Shown here one piece after another: positions 56,530 through 64,000 of a stretch of DNA of 64,000 bases (positions within the stretch are counted from its first letter, which is position 1; the number at the start of each line of letters is the position of its first letter). The translations under genes were made by a program, and so were the position numbers. Source of the stretch: a bacterium (lineage in GTDB: Bacteria > Patescibacteriota > Patescibacteriia > 2-12-FULL-60-25); contig JAJYXM010000016.1 of assembly GCA_021796435.1 (NCBI GenBank), forward strand, positions 438,625-502,624, read 5' to 3'. Below the pieces are notes generated by a model that saw only the letters and a program-made list of their open reading frames with translations, ran no database searches and was not told the origin of the DNA.

Positions 56530-57723
56530 ATGTCTGACATCGAGAATATCGACTCCGAGATGAGGCGGAAACGTAAGATCTGCGTCGTCATCATCGGTCG
56601 GGCGAACTACGGACGCATCAAGACCGCCTTGGAAGCGATCCGTAAACACCCTGATCTGGAACTGCAGATAATCGGCGGTTCGTCTTTGTTATTGGAACGG
56701 CACGGCAAGGGAGTGGAAGTGATGCGAGCCGAGGGTTTTGAAGTCGATCATGAGGCTTATATGGCGGTGGAAGGAGAGACGCCTCTCACCATGGCTAAGT
56801 CGGTCGGTCTGGGCATCTTGGAGATCACTAATGCCTTGAACCGATTGAAGCCGGATGTCGTGCTTACGATCGCTGACCGTTTCGAGACCATCGCTACCGC
56901 TATCGCCGCGTCATACATGAACATCCCCGTCGCGCACACGCAGGGCGGTGAAGTCACAGGATCCATCGATGAACATGTACGCCACGCGGTCACCAAATTG
57001 GCGCATATCCATTTTCCGGCGACTCAGTTGAGCGGCGAGCGTCTGATCAAGATGGGGGAAGAGCCGGATACGGTTCATGTGACAGGTTGCCCGGCCATCG
57101 ACATCGTCGCGCAGATGGACAGGAATTTCACGCCGGAAGAGATCGAACAACTCGGTTATCAAGGCGTGGGTCCGAAAGTCGACGTGACCAAGCCATATGT
57201 CCTGATGATGCAGCATCCGGTGACGACCGAATATGGTTCGGGCCATGATCAGGTGATGGAGACCGTCGAAGCCATCAAGATGACCGGGATGCAGGCGATC
57301 GCCTTGTGGCCGAACATCGATGCCGGTTCGGACCAGATCTCGAAGGCGCTGCGTATCTTCCGTGAATTCAATCCTGAAGTGCCGGTACGTTTCTATAAGA
57401 ATTTCCCGCCAGAGACCTATGCGCGGGTCTTGGCGAATGCGGCTTGCGCCGTCGGTAACTCGTCCTCTTTCATCCGCGAAGGGAGTTATCTCGGTACCCC
57501 AGCCATAATCGTCGGCACGCGGCAACACAATCGTGAGCATGGGAGGAACGTGCTGATGGATGTCCCACACGATCGCCAAGCGATATTCGAGGCACTGCAG
57601 AGACAGCTGGCGAACGGACGTTACGAATCGGATCCAGTATTCGGCGATGGCAGGGCCGGTGAGAGGATAGCCGAGATACTGGCGCGCGCAGAATTCCGGG
57701 TCCAGAAGAGCATCACCTATTGA
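56530..57723 (+). CDS. neuC: UDP-N-acetylglucosamine 2-epimerase (hydrolysing), NeuC family
   Basis: NeuC signature GGEVTGSIDEHVRHAVTKLAHIHF. The start was chosen at MSDIENID, ATG 56530. Confidence 0.75.
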   Translation: MSDIENIDSEMRRKRKICVVIIGRANYGRIKTALEAIRKHPDLELQIIGGSSLLLERHGKGVEVMRAEGFEVDHEAYMAVEGETPLTMAKSVGLGILEITNALNRLKPDVVLTIADRFETIATAIAASYMNIPVAHTQGGEVTGSIDEHVRHAVTKLAHIHFPATQLSGERLIKMGEEPDTVHVTGCPAIDIVAQMDRNFTPEEIEQLGYQGVGPKVDVTKPYVLMMQHPVTTEYGSGHDQVMETVEAIKMTGMQAIALWPNIDAGSDQISKALRIFREFNPEVPVRFYKNFPPETYARVLANAACAVGNSSSFIREGSYLGTPAIIVGTRQHNREHGRNVLMDVPHDRQAIFEALQRQLANGRYESDPVFGDGRAGERIAEILARAEFRVQKSITY

Positions 57724-57728
57724 TATAT

Positions 57729-58679
57729 ATGTCTAAAACCGTCATCCTCGAACCGACTAATTACAGCCCCAAATCGATTGCGCTATATTCGCAACTGGGT
57801 AGTGTCAGTTCTGAAGCATTGGAGGGCGAGGCGCTGGATAGGGAATTGGCTGATGCGGAGGTTATTGTCCTCCGTTTGGCTTTTTATATCGACGCGGCGT
57901 TCATGGACAAAGCCCCTAAGCTCAAGATCCTGGCGACGCCTACGACCGGACTGAACCACATCGATGTCGTCGAAGCCGAAAAGCGCGGTATCAGGATAAT
58001 CAGCCTTAAAGGTTGGCGCGAAGTGACTGAAAAGATATATGCGACATCTGAACACACGATCGGGCTCATGTTGGCTTTGTTGCGGAAATTGCCGTTCGCC
58101 CATAACCACGTAGTGGCTGGAGGTTGGGACCGAAACCTTTTCGTCGGCCATGAGATCAGCGGCGCTACGATCGGTATGCTCGGTTGCGGCCGTCTGGGTT
58201 TTCGTGTGGCGGAGATACTCGACAAGATGGGCGCCAAGGTGATCGCTTACGATCCATACCAGAAGAATATCCCGACATGTGTGGAGATGGTCAGTGATCT
58301 TCAGGCCTTTTTGGGTCGTGCCGACATCGTTTCCGTACACGTATATCTTACGGATGAGACGACGCACATGTTGAGCAAACAGGAATTCGCTTGGATGAAA
58401 CCCGGGGTCAGGCTGGTCAACACGGCGCGTGGACAGATCATCGACGAAGTCGCGTTGCTTGAGGCTCTGGAGTCGGGGCATCTAGCCGGAGCGGCGTTGG
58501 ATGTGTTGGAGAACGAGGCGGCGGACGGGAAATTCCTGGAACATAACGCTTTGCGTGGATTCGCGGCCACGCATGACAATCTGATCCTGACGCCGCATAT
58601 AGGCGGCGCGACGCGTGAGTCGATGGCGATGACGGAAGACGCGATCGCCGGAGCCGTGGTCGAAGCCATGAATGAATAA
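57729..58679 (+). CDS. D-isomer-specific 2-hydroxyacid dehydrogenase family (PGDH/GDH-like), NAD-binding
   Basis: GATIGMLGCGRLGFRVAEILDKMGAKVIAYD (GxGxxG), the catalytic region VNTARGQIIDEVALLEALESGHLAGAALDVLENE, and the terminal LTPHIGGAT. Confidence 0.7.
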   Translation: MSKTVILEPTNYSPKSIALYSQLGSVSSEALEGEALDRELADAEVIVLRLAFYIDAAFMDKAPKLKILATPTTGLNHIDVVEAEKRGIRIISLKGWREVTEKIYATSEHTIGLMLALLRKLPFAHNHVVAGGWDRNLFVGHEISGATIGMLGCGRLGFRVAEILDKMGAKVIAYDPYQKNIPTCVEMVSDLQAFLGRADIVSVHVYLTDETTHMLSKQEFAWMKPGVRLVNTARGQIIDEVALLEALESGHLAGAALDVLENEAADGKFLEHNALRGFAATHDNLILTPHIGGATRESMAMTEDAIAGAVVEAMNE

Positions 58680-58684
58680 ATATT

Positions 58685-59392
58685 ATGAACGATTTGAAGG
58701 TATTGGCCGTGATCACGGCGCGTGGAGGCTCAAAAGGAATACCACGCAAGAACATAAAGGATCTGGCGGGAAAACCGCTGATAGCCTGGACCATAGAGGC
58801 GGCGCAGGGGAGTAAACTCTTGACCGACTATCTTGTATCGACGGATGATCAGGAGATCGCGGACATCTCGCGGCAGTGCGGTGCACCTGTGCCGTTCATG
58901 CGTCCGGCTGAACTGGCGACAGATACGGCGACGAGTATGGGCGTGGTGCAGCATGCCTTGAAGTGGCAAGAGGAAAATGAGGGTAAGACATATGACGCAT
59001 TAATGATCCTGCAGCCGACGAGTCCGTTGCGTTCTTCGCAGGATATCGACGGTTGTATAGAGAAGATGGCTGAGACGGATTGTGATTCTGTCATGAGCAT
59101 GGTCAAACTGACCGACTTCGCGGCCAAGAAACTCAAGGTGCTGGATGGTGACAAGATAAGACCGTGGATGGAGGACGAGGGTAGAGAAAGCAGCTCGCGC
59201 CAGGCTTTGGGTGACGTGTACAAACGTAATTGCGCCGTATATCTGACTAAGACGGAAAGGATCATGGAAGGGGATCTGTTCGGTCATGATTCGAGGGCTT
59301 ATGTCATGCCTGAAGATGTCTCTACGGACATCAATACTCCTTTGGATTTTGAGTTACTGGATTTTTTGATGCGAAGAAAGTTGATGAAATAA
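58685..59392 (+). CDS. neuA: N-acylneuraminate cytidylyltransferase (CMP-nonulosonic acid synthetase)
   Basis: LAVITARGGSKGIPRKNIKDLAGKPLIAWTIEAA and ILQPTSPLR, the classic CMP-NeuAc synthetase motifs. Confidence 0.85.
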   Translation: MNDLKVLAVITARGGSKGIPRKNIKDLAGKPLIAWTIEAAQGSKLLTDYLVSTDDQEIADISRQCGAPVPFMRPAELATDTATSMGVVQHALKWQEENEGKTYDALMILQPTSPLRSSQDIDGCIEKMAETDCDSVMSMVKLTDFAAKKLKVLDGDKIRPWMEDEGRESSSRQALGDVYKRNCAVYLTKTERIMEGDLFGHDSRAYVMPEDVSTDINTPLDFELLDFLMRRKLMK

Positions 59393-59395
59393 ACT

Positions 59396-61237
59396 ATGTG
59401 CGGGATTGCCGGGTCATTCGGACGAGGTGCTGACTCGGCCGTTGTCAGACGCATGATAGATGCGTTGGCGCATCGCGGTCCTGACGGCGAGGGCTTGTTG
59501 GAACTGTCCAACGGTACGATGGCGCATCGTAGATTATCCATCATCGACCTGTCTGACGCAGGAAAACAACCGATGGTCTCGCATGACGGTCGTTTCGCCA
59601 TAACCTTCAACGGAGAGATCTATAACTACAAGGAATTGCGTGAAGAGCTGATCGGTTATCCTTTTTCTTCCCAGACGGATACGGAGGTGATCTTGGCCGC
59701 ATGGGAAAAATGGGGCGAGGCCTGTTTGGATCGGATGCTCGGTATGTTCGCCTTCGCGATCATCGATAAGACCACGGGCGAGGTGACTGTCGTACGCGAC
59801 CGATTGGGCATCAAGCCGCTTTTTTATGCTTTGCAGGACGGTAAACTGTTCTTCGCTTCAGAGATCAAAGCTTTGTTGGCGGCGGGTGTCAGGGTCGAAC
59901 CGAACGAAAAAATCATCTCGCACTATCTTCTGCGGGGATATTATGATCATTCAGAGGAGACGTTCTTCAAGAATATATTGATCTTGCGCGGTGGGCATCT
60001 GTTGAGGTTCTGCGAGGGCGAGCTAGAAACCAAACGCTGGTGGTATTTGCCCGAACGGGTGGAGGGTATCGCTTCCTTATCTGACGATGAGCTGGTGGAA
60101 AGTTTCCGCGCATTGCTAGACGATAGCCTGCGCCTGCATCTGCGCAGCGACGTCCCGGTCGGGGTGAATCTCTCGAGCGGAATCGATTCGTTGAGCCTGT
60201 TCTTCGAGCTTAACCGGATAATGGACCTCAAGTCCTTGAACATCTTCTCCATGGGTTTCGAGGAGAAGGCGTATGATGAGACGGAGGACATAATGCATCT
60301 GTCGCATGATTTCGGCGTACCTTTCCATCGGACAGCGATAGAACCAGGGGTATTCAACCGGACGATCGACCAGACGGTAGCCGCCCTCGACCAGCCATTC
60401 GGAGGAGTATCGACGATGGGTTATTACGATCTGATGTCGTCCCATCGCAAGAATGGCGTGATCGTCGTGCTGGAAGGTCAAGGCGTGGATGAGATCCTGG
60501 CAGGATATCGGTATTTCTACGGCCCTTATTATCGCGATCTCGTCAGACAGGGGCGTTTGGGTGAGATAGGGGCCGAGATAGGCCGCGCCGCCCAAGATAA
60601 CAATCCACTCCATCTCTTGCAGTCGGCACTGGCTTTCGGCAAGACCTGGCGCGACGCCGGAAAGTCGGCTTTCCAGGATGGGACTAAGTTTTTGCGTTTC
60701 GATTGCCTCAAGGAGTCATGGGTGGCAAAAGCCGGCAAGTATGCCGCGCCTGAATTCGAGCGGCCTTTCCCGGATCATCTGCGGAATGCGCTTTATAGGG
60801 ATACGATATATACCAAATTGCCTCGTGTCTTGCGCTTCAATGACCATATATCGATGGCGCATGGACTGGAGTTGCGCGTCCCATATCTGGATCATCGCAT
60901 AGTCGAGTTCGCATTCTGTCTTGAGGATCGGTGGAAGATACGCGGAGGAAAAAGCAAATTCATGTTACGTGAGGCCATGCGCGGTGTCGTGCCGGAAGAT
61001 CTGCGCACGCGGCAAAAGCGCCCGCAGTCTTCACCGCAGACGACGTGGTTCAAGACACGACTGAAGGATGATGTATTGCGTGAATTGTCCTCAAGAGCCT
61101 TGAAGGAATTGCCTATGGTAGATGCGGAAAAGGCTCAAGAGAGCTTCCGTCGTTTCGTCGGGAACGAGAAGGATAATAATTCGTTTTTCTACTGGCAGCT
61201 GATTAATCTTGCTAGATGGTATAAAATGTACTTCTGA
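59396..61237 (+). CDS. asnB: Asparagine synthase (glutamine-hydrolysing) family amidotransferase, paralogue 3, immediately downstream of neuA
   Basis: MCGIAGSF, GATase-2 domain, PP-loop LSSGIDSLSL. It lies 3 nt after the neuA stop. Confidence 0.85.
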   Translation: MCGIAGSFGRGADSAVVRRMIDALAHRGPDGEGLLELSNGTMAHRRLSIIDLSDAGKQPMVSHDGRFAITFNGEIYNYKELREELIGYPFSSQTDTEVILAAWEKWGEACLDRMLGMFAFAIIDKTTGEVTVVRDRLGIKPLFYALQDGKLFFASEIKALLAAGVRVEPNEKIISHYLLRGYYDHSEETFFKNILILRGGHLLRFCEGELETKRWWYLPERVEGIASLSDDELVESFRALLDDSLRLHLRSDVPVGVNLSSGIDSLSLFFELNRIMDLKSLNIFSMGFEEKAYDETEDIMHLSHDFGVPFHRTAIEPGVFNRTIDQTVAALDQPFGGVSTMGYYDLMSSHRKNGVIVVLEGQGVDEILAGYRYFYGPYYRDLVRQGRLGEIGAEIGRAAQDNNPLHLLQSALAFGKTWRDAGKSAFQDGTKFLRFDCLKESWVAKAGKYAAPEFERPFPDHLRNALYRDTIYTKLPRVLRFNDHISMAHGLELRVPYLDHRIVEFAFCLEDRWKIRGGKSKFMLREAMRGVVPEDLRTRQKRPQSSPQTTWFKTRLKDDVLRELSSRALKELPMVDAEKAQESFRRFVGNEKDNNSFFYWQLINLARWYKMYF

Positions 61238-61405
61238 GGAGACTTTTAATTCTGGCGCATGACTGCGTCAAAGCCTCCGCTGCTTGCTCTGCGTACGCTC
61301 CAGTACGCGCCGCGCCCGCCATGCAAGCCTTGCTTGCAAGGCGTTGCGGGCGGGTCGCTCCGCTGCTCGGCGTTTCCTTGTCCTGCATCCAGAATTAAAA
61401 GTCTC
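61238..61405. repeat. Hairpin-forming intergenic element, family 2 (copy F) with an extra internal GC hairpin
   Basis: Perfect 17-bp terminal inverted repeat gagacttttaattctgg / ccagaattaaaagtctc. It shares ctcgctctgcgtacgctccagtacgcgccgcg and cgctccgctgctcggcgtttcct with copy E. An inserted palindrome cgcccgccatgcaagccttgcttgcaaggcgttgcgggcg is unique to this copy. It starts at the asnB stop. Confidence 0.75.
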
Positions 61406-61432
61406 TTGTTTCGAAGGCTTGATACAACAGAG

Positions 61433-62320
61433 ATGAAAAAAATAAAATCATCAAAATCGTACCAATGTCCGGTCTGCGGCAGCGAGTCTTCTGAAACCCT
61501 AGACAGCCGACGCCTTAACGGTCACGAACATAAGAACCTGATCTGCGGATCCTGTGGCATGGTTTGGGTCTCGACAAGGCAGCCAGCAAAAACCTATGAC
61601 AAGTTTTATCGCAGCGGATATGCGGTCGGCGTTTATGGCTTGAAAGACGGGAAAGAGGGTCTGGATGAAGTATTGGAATGGCGCGTGCGACGGAGTAAGG
61701 AGAAACTGGCAAATTTCGGTTCCGCTTGGGCACGCGGGTCGAGGGTCCTGGAGATCGGCAGCGGTATTGGAGCATTGTTGAAGTATCTCAAAGATGAGTA
61801 TCGTTGTAAGGTTTGGGGCATCGAGCCGGAACCTGCTTTTGCCGAACTAAGCCAGAAAGAATTGGGGCTAGATGTTTTTGCCGGCACGTTCGAACAATGG
61901 ACGAAAAATCATCCTAAAGGTTTTCCTCTTAAGTACGACCGGATAGTGCTGGATCAGGTCTTGGAACATATCCTGGAGCCCGTGGATTTTTTACGACGAG
62001 TCGCGGAAAGGCTTGAGTCTGACGGGAAGATATTCATCAGCGTACCTAACGTAACGGCGCCGAAGGACAGGCAAAAGGATTTTTTCATCTTCGAACACGT
62101 GTCATCCTTCTCGCCCTTCGCCCTTTGGCTGCTTTTGGCGCGATGCGGATTTAAGATCGTGAGGATGCATGCCGAAAAGCCAGGATCGCTTCAAGTCATG
62201 GCGATGAAGTTCGGTTCACCCGAAAAAATGATCGATGCCGATGAGGTAGGAAAGCCGCAAGACAAATCCATGATCCTCAGACGCTTTAAAGCATTGGAGA
62301 AACATGGGCGGAATAAATAG
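61433..62320 (+). CDS. Class I SAM-dependent methyltransferase with an N-terminal Cys4 zinc-ribbon
   Basis: The start was chosen at MKKIKSSKSYQCPVCGSE...CGSCG (the ORF track's 61259 start lies inside the repeat element). MT motif I is RVLEIGSGIGALLKYLKDEYRCKVWGIEPEP. Confidence 0.65.
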   Translation: MKKIKSSKSYQCPVCGSESSETLDSRRLNGHEHKNLICGSCGMVWVSTRQPAKTYDKFYRSGYAVGVYGLKDGKEGLDEVLEWRVRRSKEKLANFGSAWARGSRVLEIGSGIGALLKYLKDEYRCKVWGIEPEPAFAELSQKELGLDVFAGTFEQWTKNHPKGFPLKYDRIVLDQVLEHILEPVDFLRRVAERLESDGKIFISVPNVTAPKDRQKDFFIFEHVSSFSPFALWLLLARCGFKIVRMHAEKPGSLQVMAMKFGSPEKMIDADEVGKPQDKSMILRRFKALEKHGRNK

Positions 62321-63734
62321 GGCGATCCAGGCATGGCGAACTGCATCGAAGGATCGTAAGTTTTGGGTCGCTCTGTCTTTGATCGCCGTTTTCGGTTTCG
62401 TGTGGGGTCGTCAAAATCTGCTGGATAGTCCGCGTCCATGGTTCGATGAGGGAATATATCTTCAGGTCGCCAAGAACGTCGCGCAGGAAGGGCTTTGGGC
62501 CTTGCGGGTTTCGCCGCATCAGACGGTGGGTTTGGAGTACATCACGGTCGGATTTCCGGTCATATTGCCGGTAGCATTCTCGATCAGGATATTCGGAGCG
62601 TCGCTTTTGGCGGCACGGAGCGTGATGTTGGCATGGATCGTTTTGGGTATATTGCTTGCTGGTTATTTGGGTTATCGCATGTACGGCAGGAAGGCAGGTT
62701 TGGCCAGTGCATCATTCCTGGCAAGTTTCGGACCATGGTATGCGAACGGGAAGAACGTGATGGGTGAGGTGCCCGGTCTGGTGTTGATGATGGCATCTCT
62801 GATTTTTTTGACGAGGATCGAGAAAGGAGAAAGGCATTGGTGGGATTTTTTTTGGCTCACGACTTTCGCCTGTCTGGCTGCCGTCAGCAAACCATCATTC
62901 CTGGTCTTGGGTCCGGCGATGGTCTTGGCGATAGCGGTTCTGCTATGGCGCGGCTTCAGGCCTACTTGGTCGATCGCGGCGGCTATAATCGTACCGATAG
63001 TTTCGGTGTTCGCCGTCTGGATGTGGACCCAGTTCGGAGGGTTCCCGGGGAGCGAGGTCTTGCATCACTACCTGAATCCTTATGGATTGGATGAGGTGGG
63101 CGCAGTCATGCGCGATAATTTTTTCGGCATGCTGAGCCATGTGACGCCATTGCATCTTTTGTTGATGCTGGGTTTGATAGTTTGTGCGATTTACATACGT
63201 GGTCGGAAAAGGATCAAAGCGATCGAATATGTTTTGATGACGGTGATCCTGATGACCTTGCTCAGCTATCTGCGTACAGCGGGTTGGTATAGGTATTTTT
63301 TCGTGGCGCAGATCTCGTGTTTCTTGCTTCTGCCGTTGGTCCCTATGGTATTTTCCGGAAAACTCCATCATGCGAAGCAAGCATGGCTCATGCCTGTCTT
63401 CGTCATTTTCTTCATCGCGATGAACCTGGTCGCTCTGATCCGTGATCCGGCACCGATGTATGGGCAGGGTTGGCGGAAAATAGAGGATTGGCTCAAGTCG
63501 GATAAAGCTTCAGGCAGCATCATGTTCGTGAACGTACCGGAAGCCGTATATTTTTTCAGAGGGAAAGAATACAGCCAGTTTTTGAGGATCACAGACAAGT
63601 TGAGTTTAGGCGATCTGCGTGGCGGAACTGATATGATAGTGGCGCCGAATCCGCTTCCGGATAAGCTGATCCTGCCTTACGATTACCATCAATCCGAACA
63701 GCTAGGTAGCTACGCTATTTGGCGGAAGGACTAA
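62304..63734 (+). CDS. GT-C-fold glycosyltransferase of the PMT / ArnT (GT39/GT83-like) family
   Basis: About 11 TM helices. A first-loop acidic motif WFDEGIYLQVAKNV (a DE-like catalytic loop) and the overall topology are typical of the dolichyl/undecaprenyl-phosphate-sugar:protein or lipid glycosyltransferases. Confidence 0.55.
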   Translation: MGGINRAIQAWRTASKDRKFWVALSLIAVFGFVWGRQNLLDSPRPWFDEGIYLQVAKNVAQEGLWALRVSPHQTVGLEYITVGFPVILPVAFSIRIFGASLLAARSVMLAWIVLGILLAGYLGYRMYGRKAGLASASFLASFGPWYANGKNVMGEVPGLVLMMASLIFLTRIEKGERHWWDFFWLTTFACLAAVSKPSFLVLGPAMVLAIAVLLWRGFRPTWSIAAAIIVPIVSVFAVWMWTQFGGFPGSEVLHHYLNPYGLDEVGAVMRDNFFGMLSHVTPLHLLLMLGLIVCAIYIRGRKRIKAIEYVLMTVILMTLLSYLRTAGWYRYFFVAQISCFLLLPLVPMVFSGKLHHAKQAWLMPVFVIFFIAMNLVALIRDPAPMYGQGWRKIEDWLKSDKASGSIMFVNVPEAVYFFRGKEYSQFLRITDKLSLGDLRGGTDMIVAPNPLPDKLILPYDYHQSEQLGSYAIWRKD

Positions 63735-63789
63735 GCGAACGTGCTCGACAGCTCATCGGCGATAGCTTATGATGTGGCATATCTGAAAT

Positions 63790-64000
63790 ATGGATAATGT
63801 CGAGTTTTTCCTGGAAAAATTCTCTTCTGTTTACCCCTATTCGCATTGCGTCTGGAGGATAGATGAGGCTGCAGCTTTGGCGGACAACCTGCCGTTCAAG
63901 GGCGTGACGTTCGATCTAGGTTGCGGTGACGGAAGCTACATGAAGATCATGCTGGAGAGGGTCGGCAAGCCGGAAAGGTTGATTGGTCTGGACCCGCAGG
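63790..64000 (+). CDS. Class I SAM-dependent methyltransferase, N-terminal fragment (continues past the window end)
   Basis: MDNVEFFLEKF ... GVTFDLGCGDGSYMKIMLERVGKPERLIGLDPQ (motif I). The frame is open to the right edge. Confidence 0.45.
   Translation, partial: MDNVEFFLEKFSSVYPYSHCVWRIDEAAALADNLPFKGVTFDLGCGDGSYMKIMLERVGKPERLIGLDPQ

Noticed and set aside
1-64000. CRISPR arrays, rRNA or tRNA genes, toxin-antitoxin or defence-system ATPases/nucleases
   Set aside because: No direct-repeat/spacer architecture, no rRNA-like conserved blocks and no Walker-A or nuclease signatures were found. The window is dominated by envelope and glycan biosynthesis.

Overview
The window looks like a bacterial chromosome segment from an uncultivated lineage. 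Gene content (ECF sigma followed by a DUF5667-like membrane protein, an O-antigen-ligase/TPR fusion, very many GT4 genes) is reminiscent of Patescibacteria/CPR, but that cannot be proven from the sequence. No rRNA, tRNA or CRISPR was found. From about 8.5 kb to the 3' end (about 55 kb) there is one very large cell-surface glycan assembly island, mostly on the + strand with many start/stop overlaps. It holds at least 14 GT-A/GT-B glycosyltransferases (one fused to a SAM methyltransferase), a Wzx-like flippase, two Wzy/O-antigen-ligase-like membrane proteins (one with a TPR tail) and a GT-C (PMT/ArnT-like) glycosyltransferase. It also holds a complete CMP-nonulosonic (sialic-like) acid module (NeuB, hydrolysing NeuC, NeuA), plus WecB, a UXS-like SDR, a cupin and a 2-hydroxyacid dehydrogenase. 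Three asparagine-synthase (AsnB) paralogues, at least ten class I SAM methyltransferase domains, two Nudix proteins, a HAD phosphatase and an APH/choline-kinase-like kinase complete it. The 5' part (0.6-7 kb, high GC) encodes a TrmB-family regulator followed by three secreted/lipoproteins. One carries about 20 thrombospondin type-3 Ca-binding repeats, and two share an undescribed Cys-containing C-terminal domain. An ECF sigma / anti-sigma-like pair precedes a 1300-aa Ser/Thr-rich surface protein that is a plausible glycosylation target. Two families of hairpin-forming intergenic repeats (at 1.4/23.1 kb and at 51.3/61.2 kb) and a 43-bp tandem repeat are the main non-coding signals.
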